A stretch of DNA of 27,253 nt, from positions 1 to 27,253 of the forward strand of contig CAZOYL010000025.1 in the NCBI GenBank assembly GCA_964584035.1, read 5' to 3'. The DNA comes from an uncultured Gemmatimonadota bacterium. GTDB lineage: Bacteria > SM23-81. This document shows positions 17,094 through 26,360 of the stretch, one piece after another. The first letter of the stretch is position 1. Each line of letters starts with the position of its first letter. Both the position numbers and the translations under genes were made by a program. The notes below the pieces were generated by a model. That model was not told where the DNA came from. It saw only the letters and a program-made list of their open reading frames with translations, and ran no database searches.

Positions 17094-18389
17094 TCAACCC
17101 TCAAGGCGGACATCCACGTAGATCTCGTCTCTGAGCTGTTTCAGCCAGGCCTCCAGCGTCTGGGAGATCTTGTGCTGCCGGGCCAGTTCCTCCAGGCTTT
17201 CCCGGTCGTCTTCCAGCGTGATCTGTCTCTGGTTGACCCGATCGACGACCTGCAGGAGGTGGTAGCCGGATGATGTCGCGATGGGCTCGCTGACACCACC
17301 GACGCTCATGGTATCGACCACAGACCGGAACTGGCTGGTGAGTTGATCGAGCGGATACCATCCCAGGTCTCCGCCCTTTTCCCTGCTGTAGGGATCCTGG
17401 GAATACTCTTCGGCCAGAGCGCTGAAATCATCGCCATCCAGGATGCGCTCCCGGATATCGTTCATCCGGGCGATGAGCTGCTCTTCGTCCGCCTCGGAGG
17501 TGGACAGGGCGATGAGAATGTGACGAACCCGGGCTTGATTTCCCCGCCGTTCCTCACAACGAATGATATGGTAACCATACATGGTCTCGACCACATCGCT
17601 GATCTCACCGGGATTCAGGGCAAAAACCGCCCGCTCGAATTCCGGGACCATCTCGCCAGGGGAGAAAAAGCCCAGGTCGCCGCCGGCTTCGGCACTGGGG
17701 CACTGGGAGTAGCTTCTGGCCAGAGATTCGAAGCTCTCCCCCGCCCGGGCTTTAGCCAGGACCTCTTTGGCCTGCTGAAGGGCGGCCTGTTTTTCTTCCT
17801 CCGAGGGTGCCGCCGTCATCATAATATGTCTCAGGCGGACCGATTCCCCCTGGACCGGCAGGCTGTCGCGGTAGGTTTGATAGAAATTCATGACCTCTTT
17901 GGAGGAGACGGTGGTGTCGGAGAGCTTCTGGCGAATGAGTTTTTCCCGAAGCAGCTGATTTCTCATCTGGGGACGGAACCGTTTCTTCAGGTCCTGGAGC
18001 GTCATCTCCTCGGCGGCCAATTGCTCCTGAAAGGCTTCCTCGGAGCCCAGCTGATTTTTAATCTGTGCGATCTGGGCCGCAATGGCCTTGTCGACCTCCT
18101 CGACGGCTACCTGGATGCTATCGCGGCGGGCCTGCACCAGGATCAGTTTTTCATCCACCAGGTCCCCAAGCAGAGCCTGGCGCAGGCGTCCTATGGTTTC
18201 AGTATCCTCCGGATCGAGCTGCAGCTGCATGCCGGCCAGCTGCACTCGGGTCTCCAACTCCGACAGCAGGATGATCTCGTCACCGACCACGGCCACGATA
18301 CGGTCCATCACCTGAGCCGGCGCGGGAAGGACCGCGGCGGCGATCAGCCAGAGCAGTGCGGCCAGGGAGCCAATATGAATTCGAGACAT
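17094..18389 (-). CDS. surA: SurA-like periplasmic chaperone / parvulin PPIase
   Basis: Signal peptide from MSRIHIG (ATG 18389, AAAGGTG upstream; preferred over the 18464 start). 'MDRIVAVVGDEIILLSEL' SurA N-domain and two parvulin domains (RHI...GGDLG...GYHII). Confidence 0.88.
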   Translation of the reverse strand: MSRIHIGSLAALLWLIAAAVLPAPAQVMDRIVAVVGDEIILLSELETRVQLAGMQLQLDPEDTETIGRLRQALLGDLVDEKLILVQARRDSIQVAVEEVDKAIAAQIAQIKNQLGSEEAFQEQLAAEEMTLQDLKKRFRPQMRNQLLREKLIRQKLSDTTVSSKEVMNFYQTYRDSLPVQGESVRLRHIMMTAAPSEEEKQAALQQAKEVLAKARAGESFESLARSYSQCPSAEAGGDLGFFSPGEMVPEFERAVFALNPGEISDVVETMYGYHIIRCEERRGNQARVRHILIALSTSEADEEQLIARMNDIRERILDGDDFSALAEEYSQDPYSREKGGDLGWYPLDQLTSQFRSVVDTMSVGGVSEPIATSSGYHLLQVVDRVNQRQITLEDDRESLEELARQHKISQTLEAWLKQLRDEIYVDVRLEG

Positions 18390-18460
18390 ATGCGCACACC
18401 TTTCGAAATGCACATCGCAGGATGGAACAGGCTCGATCAGTAAGAGCGCCGCAACACGAT

Positions 18461-19321
18461 TCAACGGTCCGCTTCCTGATCGGCAATCGCGGCCTCAAGC
18501 GGTTCTTCGCGGCGGACGATGGAACTGGTCTGACGAAGCTCCTGAAGAAAAACGTCCAGCTCCTGTTGCTCTTTCTCCCGGGAGAGCCGGCCGATGATTT
18601 CCTCCTGAACCAGCTCAAAGGGCAGGACGGTGCCCGCTTTCTGGGAGTCGGTTACCAGCAGGATGTGGTATCCGAATTCTGTCTTGACGGGTTTCAGCAG
18701 CGTTCCGGGCGTGGCCGAGAAGACGGCCTTGGAAACCTCCGAGAGAAGGTCCTCCGGGGTAAAGTAGCCCAGATCGCCGCCCTGGATCGATGATGGATCG
18801 GAAGACCGCTCTCGAGCCAGGCGGTCGAAATCACCGCCCTCCTCAATTTGCCGGCGGATGGCTTCGGCCTCTTCCAGGGTGGGGACCAGGATTTGACTGG
18901 CCCTCATCTCGTCCTGTTTACGGGTAAATTCTTCGGCATGCATCCGGTAATAGGCCAGGGCCTCTTCCTGCGAGACCCGGGTTCGAACGCTCAACTCCTG
19001 CTGGATCAGCTCTGAGATGAGGATGTTTTTTTCGGAGGATCGAATTCTCTCTTTCGTCTCGGGTTGTCTCTGAAGGCCTCGGCGGAGCGCTTCCTGATAC
19101 AGGATCTCGCTGTTGATCCAGTGCTCGACGAAATCACGCTTCTGCTCCAGGGTGACGCTGTCGTAATAATCCCGCGGGATTTCGGCGTAAAGATCTTCCA
19201 GGGTGAGCTTGGCTCCGTTGACCTTGGCGATGACGTTTTCCCCGCCTCGTCCGCAATACGTCGGCAACAGGCACACGAGGAAGAGAAAGAGCCACAAAAC
19301 ATTCTTCTTCGACGGCGCCAT
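18461..19321 (-). CDS. Parvulin-type peptidyl-prolyl isomerase (PrsA-like, possible lipoprotein)
   Basis: Hydrophobic N-terminus with Cys, IAKVNG, RASQILV, DFDRLARERSSD, GGDLGYF, TEFGYHI. AGGAG RBS. Confidence 0.9.
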   Translation of the reverse strand: MAPSKKNVLWLFLFLVCLLPTYCGRGGENVIAKVNGAKLTLEDLYAEIPRDYYDSVTLEQKRDFVEHWINSEILYQEALRRGLQRQPETKERIRSSEKNILISELIQQELSVRTRVSQEEALAYYRMHAEEFTRKQDEMRASQILVPTLEEAEAIRRQIEEGGDFDRLARERSSDPSSIQGGDLGYFTPEDLLSEVSKAVFSATPGTLLKPVKTEFGYHILLVTDSQKAGTVLPFELVQEEIIGRLSREKEQQELDVFLQELRQTSSIVRREEPLEAAIADQEADR

Positions 19322-19349
19322 GGCTCTCCTCTCGGGTCCGATTCGATGA

Positions 19350-21014
19350 TCAGGGTGCCGGTTCTTCCTTCGGGGAGGTCATGGTGGAGAGAAGAGCCTT
19401 CTCGTAGATCTCCACACCCACCTTTTGGCGCATGTCCTCCAGCCAGGTCTTGGTGGCTTCGACATCTTTGTCCCGCCGGAGTATTCCCACGATGCTCTGA
19501 CGAACCTCGTCCAGGGGTTTCAGCTCGGCGGGCTTCTTGCCCAGGACTTTGATGATTGAATATTTGGTGGCGTCCTGGATCGGTCCGCCCAGCTTGCCGA
19601 CCGCCAGCTCGAGGGCCGCTTCGGAGATCTTGGGATAACGGCGTTTATCCAGCCAACCCAGATCGCCGCCCTTTTTGGCGGCCCAGGCCCGGGTGGACTT
19701 TTCCTCGGCCAGCTTGGCGAAGTCGGCTCCGGAGCGAAGCTGCTGGAGCACCTTCTGGGCTTCTTCCTCGCTGTCTAACTGAATTTCCAGGACATGGGCC
19801 TGCTCCAGGGTGGAGAAACGCTCGCTGTTTTCCTGATAGTAGGCCAGAATTTCCTCTTCCGCCACGGTGGTATCCTGGACGATCCCTTTCTGCTGGAAGG
19901 TCTGCAGCAGGGCGGTTTCTTTTTCGTTGCGAAGCTTCTCGATGATCTCCTTGTCATTTTGCAGGCCCATCTGGCGGGCTTTTTCGTCGAGGAGTTGACC
20001 GGTCAGGATGTTTTTCACCAGGGCGTCGATGTCGTCCAGATCCTTCACTCGGGGTTGATACATGGGGGGAATGTTCAGGAATTCCTCCAGAAATTTAGCC
20101 ATGTTCCAGGAACCGCTCTTGAAGGTGACCACTGTCATATCCAGCTCCTCAGGAGTGAACTCGTCGGGAGACGTTTTCTTGGACATGAGACTGTTCAACA
20201 ACAGCTGAGCTCCTTCGGGATCGATCTGGATGTTGGCCTCATCCTTCAGGGCGGTGACGTATTCTTCGGCCCGCGCCTTACTCCGGTCGCCGGTCAATTT
20301 TCTCTCGATGCGATCCTTCTCCTCCTCCCAGGCGCGCTGGTCTACCGTCCGGCGATCTTCCAGCTTGATGATATGCCATCCGAAGCGGGATTGGACCGGT
20401 GAAGAGACCTCGCCGATCTCCATGGCATATACCGTGTCCTGAAAGGCCGGCACCATTTTGCCCCAACCGAAATATCCCAGGTCGCCACCCTTGTCTTTGG
20501 TGGAAGGATCGTTGGAATGCGCCTTGGCCAGATCGGCGAAATCGGCTCCATTGATGATCTGTTCGCGGAGACTCCGGGCCTCCTCTTCGGTGCTCACCAG
20601 GATATGCCGGGCCCGCAGCTCCCAGCCCATCATGTCGTAAGCGGCCCGGACCTCTTTCTCGGAGGGTTTGCTCTTGTCGATCACCTCCCGGCGATAGAGC
20701 AGCTCCAGAAGGGCGTTTCGCTCCGCAGAATGCATTTTCTGCTCAAAAGCGGGGTCCTTATCGAATCCCTGATCGATGGCGGCCATGATCATCAGCTCAT
20801 CGTTGATGATGCCGTTGAGGATATCGGTTCTCTTTTTATACTCATCCTCCCAGGACGTGTAGGTGATGCTCTGTATTCGTGCGTTCAGATCGGCCACGGT
20901 GATGGACCGGTTGCCCACCTTGGCCACGACCTGACCTTCCTTCTTTGAGCAGCCCAGCAGAAACAGCAGGCCCACGAGCGACCAAACGATCAAACGACTG
21001 AGTGGCTGACGCAT
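19350..21014 (-). CDS. Lipoprotein PPIase with two parvulin domains
   Basis: Lipobox LLGC, VVAKVG, RARHILV..GGDLGYF..FGWHII, and a second domain HVLEIQL..GGDLGWL. AAAGGAG RBS. Confidence 0.9.
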   Translation of the reverse strand: MRQPLSRLIVWSLVGLLFLLGCSKKEGQVVAKVGNRSITVADLNARIQSITYTSWEDEYKKRTDILNGIINDELMIMAAIDQGFDKDPAFEQKMHSAERNALLELLYRREVIDKSKPSEKEVRAAYDMMGWELRARHILVSTEEEARSLREQIINGADFADLAKAHSNDPSTKDKGGDLGYFGWGKMVPAFQDTVYAMEIGEVSSPVQSRFGWHIIKLEDRRTVDQRAWEEEKDRIERKLTGDRSKARAEEYVTALKDEANIQIDPEGAQLLLNSLMSKKTSPDEFTPEELDMTVVTFKSGSWNMAKFLEEFLNIPPMYQPRVKDLDDIDALVKNILTGQLLDEKARQMGLQNDKEIIEKLRNEKETALLQTFQQKGIVQDTTVAEEEILAYYQENSERFSTLEQAHVLEIQLDSEEEAQKVLQQLRSGADFAKLAEEKSTRAWAAKKGGDLGWLDKRRYPKISEAALELAVGKLGGPIQDATKYSIIKVLGKKPAELKPLDEVRQSIVGILRRDKDVEATKTWLEDMRQKVGVEIYEKALLSTMTSPKEEPAP

Positions 21015-21077
21015 GCTGACGCTCCTTTCTGATCAAGAGGTTAAAAGATAAAAAATGGAATTTCGCATAACTTGTCT

Positions 21078-21106
21078 ATAATAATAACCGATCAAATTAT
21101 TTGCAA
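21078..21106 (-). promoter_or_regulatory. Sigma70-type promoter for the PPIase/surA cluster, overlapping the mfd 3' end
   Basis: Minus strand TTGCAA (21106-21101), 17 bp, TATTAT (21083-21078), in an AT-rich patch. Confidence 0.6.
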
Positions 21107-24100
21107 GGTCTTTTTTATCTGCTCAAGCTGGTCCCCCGGCTCCCGGCAGGTCAACGAGATCCGGGCAGCGAACCGTTCTCCGGAGAGAAATTGAATTTCA
21201 AGATCGATCCGGTCCAGAATGCCGGAGATCTGCTCAGCGGCGGGGACCCGATCGGGCCGGAATTCCAGCAGCAGGCTGTGGTCCTGGATCGCCACCAGGT
21301 CGATGCCTTTTTCTTTGGCCAGCAGGCTGACCGCCGTGAGATCCAGAAGCGAGCCGGCCGGCGGCGGCAGCGGCCCGTACCGGTCCTCCATCTCGCGACG
21401 GATCTCGTCGATGGACTCCAGCGAGTTGCTTCTGGAAAGCCGTTGGCAGATAGAAACTTTCTGGCCTTCATCGGGGACATAGTGATCGGGAAGATAGGCA
21501 TCGACCCTGAGATGCAGGCGGGGATCCGGAACATCGGAAACCTTTTCGCCGCGCAGCTCCTGGGCGGCCTCCCGGAGCAGCTGGCAATAGAGGTCGAAAC
21601 CCACGGCGGCGATGAAACCATGCTGCTGGGGACCGAGAATATTGCCGCTGCCGCGAATTTCCAGATCGCGCATGGCCAGCTGGAACCCGGAACCCAGAGA
21701 TGTGAATTCCCGCAGGGCGCTGAGGCGTTTTCGAGCCACTGCCGAGAGCGCCTTCAGGGGAGGTGTCAGCAGATAGGCGTAAGCCAGATGATGGGAGCGG
21801 CCGACCCGGCCGCGGAGCTGATAGAGCTGGGCCAGGCCGAAAGCGTCGGCCCGGTTGATGACGATGGTGTTCACGTTGGGGATGTCCAGGCCGTTCTCGA
21901 TGATGGTGGTGGACACCAGGACGTCGTACTCGCGGCGGAGAAATCGCATCATGGTCTGTTCCAGGATTCGTTCGTGCATCTGGCCATGGGCCACGCCCAC
22001 CCGGGCCGGAGGAACGATACGGCTCACCAGGGCGGCCATGGCCTGGATGGATTGCACCCGGTTATGGACGAAGTAGACCTGACCGCCCCGGTCCAACTCC
22101 CGGAGAATGGCCTCGGCGATGGCCTCCTCGCTGAATTCCAGAAACTCCGTTTTGATGGGACGGCGATCCCGCGGCGGCGTGTTGATCACCGACAGGTCCC
22201 GGGCTCCCATCAGGGACATGTACAGGGTTCGGGGTATGGGCGTGGCCGTCAGCGTGAGCACGTCCACCAGGCGCCGCAGCTGCTTGAGGCGCTCCTTATG
22301 GGCCACTCCGAAGCGTTGTTCCTCGTCCACGATGACCAGACCTAACTCCTTAAATTGCACATCCTTCTGGATTAGACGGTGGGTTCCCACGACCACGTCG
22401 ACCGAACCCGCCTGGAGCTCTTTCAGAACAGCCTGCTGCTCCTTCCGGGTGCGAAAACGGCTCAGCATGTCCACCTTCACCGGAAAATCCGCCAGGCGAT
22501 CGGAAAAAGTGGTCAGATGCTGCTGGGCCAGAATGGTGGTCGGCGCCAGAACGGCCACCTGCCGGCCGTCCATGATGGCTTTGAAGGCCGCTCGAATGGC
22601 CACCTCTGTTTTGCCATAGCCCACGTCTCCGCAGACCAGTCTGTCCATCGGGGAGGAGCTCTCCATGTCCGCCTTGATGGCCTCGATGGCCGCCATCTGA
22701 TCCGGCGTCTCCTCATAGATAAAGGCCGCCTCAAGCTCTTTCTGCCAGACCGTGTCGGGCGAGAAGACATAACCCTGTTTGGCCTTCCGTTCGGCATACA
22801 GCTGGATCAGCTCCCGGGTCATTTCCCGGATGGCCTTTTTGGTCCTCGATTTGATCCGTTCCCAGCCGGTGCCGCCCAGGCGGGAGAGAGACGGCGGGCC
22901 GGCCTCTCCGCCGAGGTACTTCTGGACCCTCTTGAGCTGATCCACCGGAACGTAGAGCCGGTCGTCATCGCGATACAGGAGCAGGAGACAATCCATGCGC
23001 CGGCCGTCCACATCGATCTGCTGAAGCCCCTGGTATTTCCCGATGCCGTAGTCCACGTGAACCACGAGATCTCCCGGAGACAGAGCCGAGTAGCTGGAGA
23101 TGGCCGCCCCGCCGCGAAATTTCCAGAAACGATGCCGCTGCCGGTACCGGTTGAAGATCTGGTGATCGGTGAGCACCGCCAGGCCGGACCCGGGAAAGAT
23201 GAACCCGCCGTGCAGGGCGCCCACGCTGATCTCCAGGCTCTCCGGCCGGCCCTCCAGCAGCTCTCCCAACCGTTTGGCCTGTCCGGAGTTGTCGCACAGG
23301 ATGAAGGTTTGATAGCCGTCCCGGGAATATTCCGCCAGCCCCTGCCGGAGCCGCTTCAGCTCGCCGCCGCCCGGCTCCTGTGTCCGGATGCCCAGATCCA
23401 CATCGGCCCGGCCCAGCGGCCGGTGCCGGAGAAGGCGAAACCGGGTCATTTGCTCCAGCAGCCTCCGGGGAGGATCGTAGAGATCGTCCGGGGGCAGGAC
23501 GCGTTCCTCGGTCTCGCGGCGGCCATACTCTCGTTCGGCTTCCTGGAGAACCCCTTCGGCCTGATGGACGATATCCTCCGGGCTGTCCAGCAGGATGACG
23601 GCCTCCGGGGGGAGATGGTCCAGCAGGCTGGAGACCAAATGGGGAAACAGGGGGGCCACCCACTGGAGACCGTGAATCGAGGGGTCATCGGCCAGCAGCG
23701 ACAGGGCCGCTTTTTCGGGCCCGCCCCGGCCGGCGGCTTGAAGCTCCTGCGGAGAGATCAGAAATTCCCTGCGGGGCAGAACGGCGGCCTGGTCCTGTTT
23801 CTCGACCGATCGCTGGGAAAAGACATCGAATGTTCGCAGGGATACGATCCGGTCGCCTGACAATTCTACCCGGAAGGGATTCCGGCTGCCGTGGGGGAAG
23901 ATATCCACGATGCCGCCGCGTACGCTGAACTGTCCCACCTCCTCCACCAGGGGAAGTCGCTCGAAGCCGAGGTCGATGAGGTTCTGGATCAGTTTTTTAA
24001 AAGAGACGGTCGAGCCGACCGACAGACGGATGGTCTGGTCCCGAAAGAGATCCGGGGGCATGGTGCGCTGCATCAGGGCCCGGATGGTGGTCACCACCGC

Positions 24101-24448
24101 CGGCGCGCTCTGGCGGCTGAGGGCATCGATCGTCTCCATGCGGCCGGCCATGACCTCCACCGAGGGCGGATTGGATTCATAGGGGACCGTGTCCCAGGAC
24201 TGGAAATACTGAGCCTGGCCCAGCATCTCGGTCAGATCGTCGGTCAGCTCCTCAGCGGCGTTGGGCTCGGCCGTGACGGCCAGCACCGGCACGCCCAGCT
24301 TTTGGCACAGAAAGGACAGCAGCACGGCCGGGGATGAACCGGCCAGACCGGTCACATCAAGATGCCGGTCTCGCTGGAGTCGGGCCAGAACCTCGCCGAA
24401 AAGGTCGGATCGGCCGGCGATCTGTTGGATCTTTTGGAGAGACATCAC
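21092..24448 (-). CDS. mfd: Transcription-repair coupling factor Mfd
   Basis: UvrB-homology region (FSVRGGIVDIF), CarD-like RID (VVHVDYGIGKY), GDVGYGKTEVA, DEEQRFG, TATPIPRT, QLRGRVGRS, TRCF C-terminal domain. Confidence 0.98.
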   Translation of the reverse strand: MMSLQKIQQIAGRSDLFGEVLARLQRDRHLDVTGLAGSSPAVLLSFLCQKLGVPVLAVTAEPNAAEELTDDLTEMLGQAQYFQSWDTVPYESNPPSVEVMAGRMETIDALSRQSAPAVVTTIRALMQRTMPPDLFRDQTIRLSVGSTVSFKKLIQNLIDLGFERLPLVEEVGQFSVRGGIVDIFPHGSRNPFRVELSGDRIVSLRTFDVFSQRSVEKQDQAAVLPRREFLISPQELQAAGRGGPEKAALSLLADDPSIHGLQWVAPLFPHLVSSLLDHLPPEAVILLDSPEDIVHQAEGVLQEAEREYGRRETEERVLPPDDLYDPPRRLLEQMTRFRLLRHRPLGRADVDLGIRTQEPGGGELKRLRQGLAEYSRDGYQTFILCDNSGQAKRLGELLEGRPESLEISVGALHGGFIFPGSGLAVLTDHQIFNRYRQRHRFWKFRGGAAISSYSALSPGDLVVHVDYGIGKYQGLQQIDVDGRRMDCLLLLYRDDDRLYVPVDQLKRVQKYLGGEAGPPSLSRLGGTGWERIKSRTKKAIREMTRELIQLYAERKAKQGYVFSPDTVWQKELEAAFIYEETPDQMAAIEAIKADMESSSPMDRLVCGDVGYGKTEVAIRAAFKAIMDGRQVAVLAPTTILAQQHLTTFSDRLADFPVKVDMLSRFRTRKEQQAVLKELQAGSVDVVVGTHRLIQKDVQFKELGLVIVDEEQRFGVAHKERLKQLRRLVDVLTLTATPIPRTLYMSLMGARDLSVINTPPRDRRPIKTEFLEFSEEAIAEAILRELDRGGQVYFVHNRVQSIQAMAALVSRIVPPARVGVAHGQMHERILEQTMMRFLRREYDVLVSTTIIENGLDIPNVNTIVINRADAFGLAQLYQLRGRVGRSHHLAYAYLLTPPLKALSAVARKRLSALREFTSLGSGFQLAMRDLEIRGSGNILGPQQHGFIAAVGFDLYCQLLREAAQELRGEKVSDVPDPRLHLRVDAYLPDHYVPDEGQKVSICQRLSRSNSLESIDEIRREMEDRYGPLPPPAGSLLDLTAVSLLAKEKGIDLVAIQDHSLLLEFRPDRVPAAEQISGILDRIDLEIQFLSGERFAARISLTCREPGDQLEQIKKTLQII

Positions 24449-25044
24449 AGTTTTCTTTTTTGAGGTCTTGGTGCCTGTTCCAGCTGTTCATGCAGCCTGG
24501 CGTACTCCTCGGTGAGCGGATGCGGAAACCGCTGGCGCAAAATGGCCAGCACTCCGCGGCCGAATTCCAGGATCTTTTCCGGAGAACTGTTGAATCGGTC
24601 CCACACTCCGGGGCCGTGCCGGGTGATGTCGTCCAGGATGTTGGCGGTGTTGTGCACCCGGTCGGCGGCGACGATAGCCAGGGTGCCCGCCGAGGCATCC
24701 CGGAGCATCTTCAGCTTGGCCTCCTTGCGCAGGGACCAGGTCTCCTTTCGGGGACGGTCGGGGAACTGCGGCTCGGACAGTTCCTGGACCATGACGACCA
24801 CCTCCTCGCCGAACTCCCGGCGGAGTTCCTCGGCGGTGGTCGCGGTGTCCTCCAGAGTGTCGTGCAGGATGGCGGCGGCCAGGACTCGTTCGTCGAATCC
24901 TAGCCGGGACAGGATGATGGCCACATGGGCGGGGTGCGTGATGTAGGGGATGTCGGTCCCCTTGCGCGGCTCCAGGTGCCGTTTCGAGGCCCATACCAGG
25001 GCTCGCTGGATCACCGCAGAGTAGGCCGGCGGCGGTGTTGTCAT
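24445..25044 (-). CDS. HD-domain hydrolase, Mesh1/small alarmone hydrolase (SpoT-HD)-like
   Basis: H..PRKG..IPYITHP, AAILHDTLEDT (HDxxED), ADRVHN; stand-alone 199 aa. AGGAGG RBS. The stop overlaps the mfd GTG start. Confidence 0.85.
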   Translation of the reverse strand: MTTPPPAYSAVIQRALVWASKRHLEPRKGTDIPYITHPAHVAIILSRLGFDERVLAAAILHDTLEDTATTAEELRREFGEEVVVMVQELSEPQFPDRPRKETWSLRKEAKLKMLRDASAGTLAIVAADRVHNTANILDDITRHGPGVWDRFNSSPEKILEFGRGVLAILRQRFPHPLTEEYARLHEQLEQAPRPQKRKL

Positions 25045-25068
25045 GGGTTCCTCCTGGACCCGGGCTCA

Positions 25069-26241
25069 TCAGAGAACGTGAAGGACCAGGCCTTTGAGAT
25101 AGTGTCCCTGGGGGTGAAAGATGCTCACCGGATGATCGGGCGGCATATCCGGCCGTCCGACGATCCGGACCTCCCGGCCGGCATCCCATGCGGCGGCGAA
25201 GATGATCTGGCCGAAGAGCTTCTCATCAACGGCCCGGGAGCAGGAGAAGGTCAGCAGGTGCCCTCCGGGGCTGAGGTTCTTCAGCGCCCACAGGTTGACG
25301 TCCTTGTATCCCCGGGATGCGCCCGGCAGGTCCGATTTTTTTCTGGCGAAGGGCGGCGGATCGACGACCATCAGGTCGAACGGACCGGGCGATCCCCTGA
25401 GGAAGTCAAAGACGTCCTGGCAGACCAGTTCTATGGCGGCGTGGCCCGGGGCGTTCATCGACAGGTGTGCGCCGGCCGCATCCACCGCGGCTCGGGAGCT
25501 GTCCACGGCCGTGATGGCGGCCGCCCCGGCCGTGGCGGCATAGACCGAAAACCCGCCGGTATAGCAGAAACAGTCGCAGACCGTCTTCCCGGCGGCCAGG
25601 GAAGCGAACCGGTGGCGGTTCTCCCGCTGGTCGAGATAAAATCCCGTCTTCTGGCCGGAGGATACGTTCACCCGGAATCGCCGGCCGTGCTCCTGAATTT
25701 CCACCGGACCGTCCAGGCGTCCAGACAGCAGGCCGCTGAAGGGCTTGAGCCCTTCCTCCTGCCGGGCGGCCAGATCGGAGCGCTCGAAGATGAAGTCCGG
25801 GCGCAGCAGGTCGGTGAGCAGGGACACGATCTGTTCCTTCCAGCGCTCCATTCCGGCCGTGTGGAATTGACACACCAGGCCCTGGCCGTACACGTCCACC
25901 GTCAGGCCGGGCAGCAGGTCCCCCTCGGCGTTGATCAGGCGATAGGCGTCGGTCTCCGGCGGCAGGCGGTCGCGGCGGTAGGCCAGGGCCCGTTCGAACC
26001 GCTCCCCGAACAGCGCGCTGTCGATCGGCACGTCCCCCCGGGCCAGGATCCGGCAGGTGATCTGGGAATGGCGGTTGACATAGCCCCGGGCCAGAAAGGC
26101 GCCGTCGTGGGCACAGATGTCGCAGAGATCCCCGGGGGCCGTGTACCCCTCCAGGGAGGCGATGGCTCCGGAAAAGATCCACGGGTGTCCCTGAATAACG
26201 GGCCGCTCCCGGCCCTTTTTGAGAAGAATCCTAACCGTCAT
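25069..26241 (-). CDS. rlmI: RlmI-family 23S rRNA m5C methyltransferase (PUA plus class I SAM domain)
   Basis: GHPWIF, YRLINAEGDLLPGL, GQKTGFYLDQRENR, FCYTGGFS, DPPPF, TFSCS. Confidence 0.88.
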   Translation of the reverse strand: MTVRILLKKGRERPVIQGHPWIFSGAIASLEGYTAPGDLCDICAHDGAFLARGYVNRHSQITCRILARGDVPIDSALFGERFERALAYRRDRLPPETDAYRLINAEGDLLPGLTVDVYGQGLVCQFHTAGMERWKEQIVSLLTDLLRPDFIFERSDLAARQEEGLKPFSGLLSGRLDGPVEIQEHGRRFRVNVSSGQKTGFYLDQRENRHRFASLAAGKTVCDCFCYTGGFSVYAATAGAAAITAVDSSRAAVDAAGAHLSMNAPGHAAIELVCQDVFDFLRGSPGPFDLMVVDPPPFARKKSDLPGASRGYKDVNLWALKNLSPGGHLLTFSCSRAVDEKLFGQIIFAAAWDAGREVRIVGRPDMPPDHPVSIFHPQGHYLKGLVLHVL

Positions 26242-26278
26242 CGTCTTCCTCGGTCAAGGTGTCATACTCCCCGGGGCT

Positions 26279-26340
26279 GATAACAGAAGGAGTGGGCAAG
26301 CGGTCGCAGGAACGAACGCTCACCCACCCTCTGTGATATC
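26279..26340 (-). other. Long imperfect intergenic stem-loop
   Basis: Minus-strand RNA GAUAUCACAGAGGGUGGGUGAGCG-UUCGUUCCUGCGAC-CGCUUGCCCACUCCUUCUGUUAUC. The 11-bp core stem GUGGGUGAGCG/CGCUUGCCCAC closes only with G-U pairs on this strand. Confidence 0.65.
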
Positions 26341-26360
26341 TCGGCTGAGGCGGCGGGATC

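Noticed and set aside
18390..18464. Longer surA start given in the ORF track
   Set aside because: The ATG at 18389 has an SD-like sequence and yields a proper signal peptide.
21077..21082. + strand TATAAT as a promoter antisense to mfd
   Set aside because: No -35 or correctly spaced TG extension; better explained by the overlapping - strand promoter.
21101..26280. Long + strand ORFs (414, 493, 451 aa) opposite mfd and rlmI
   Set aside because: They fully overlap well-supported genes and show typical antisense-frame composition.
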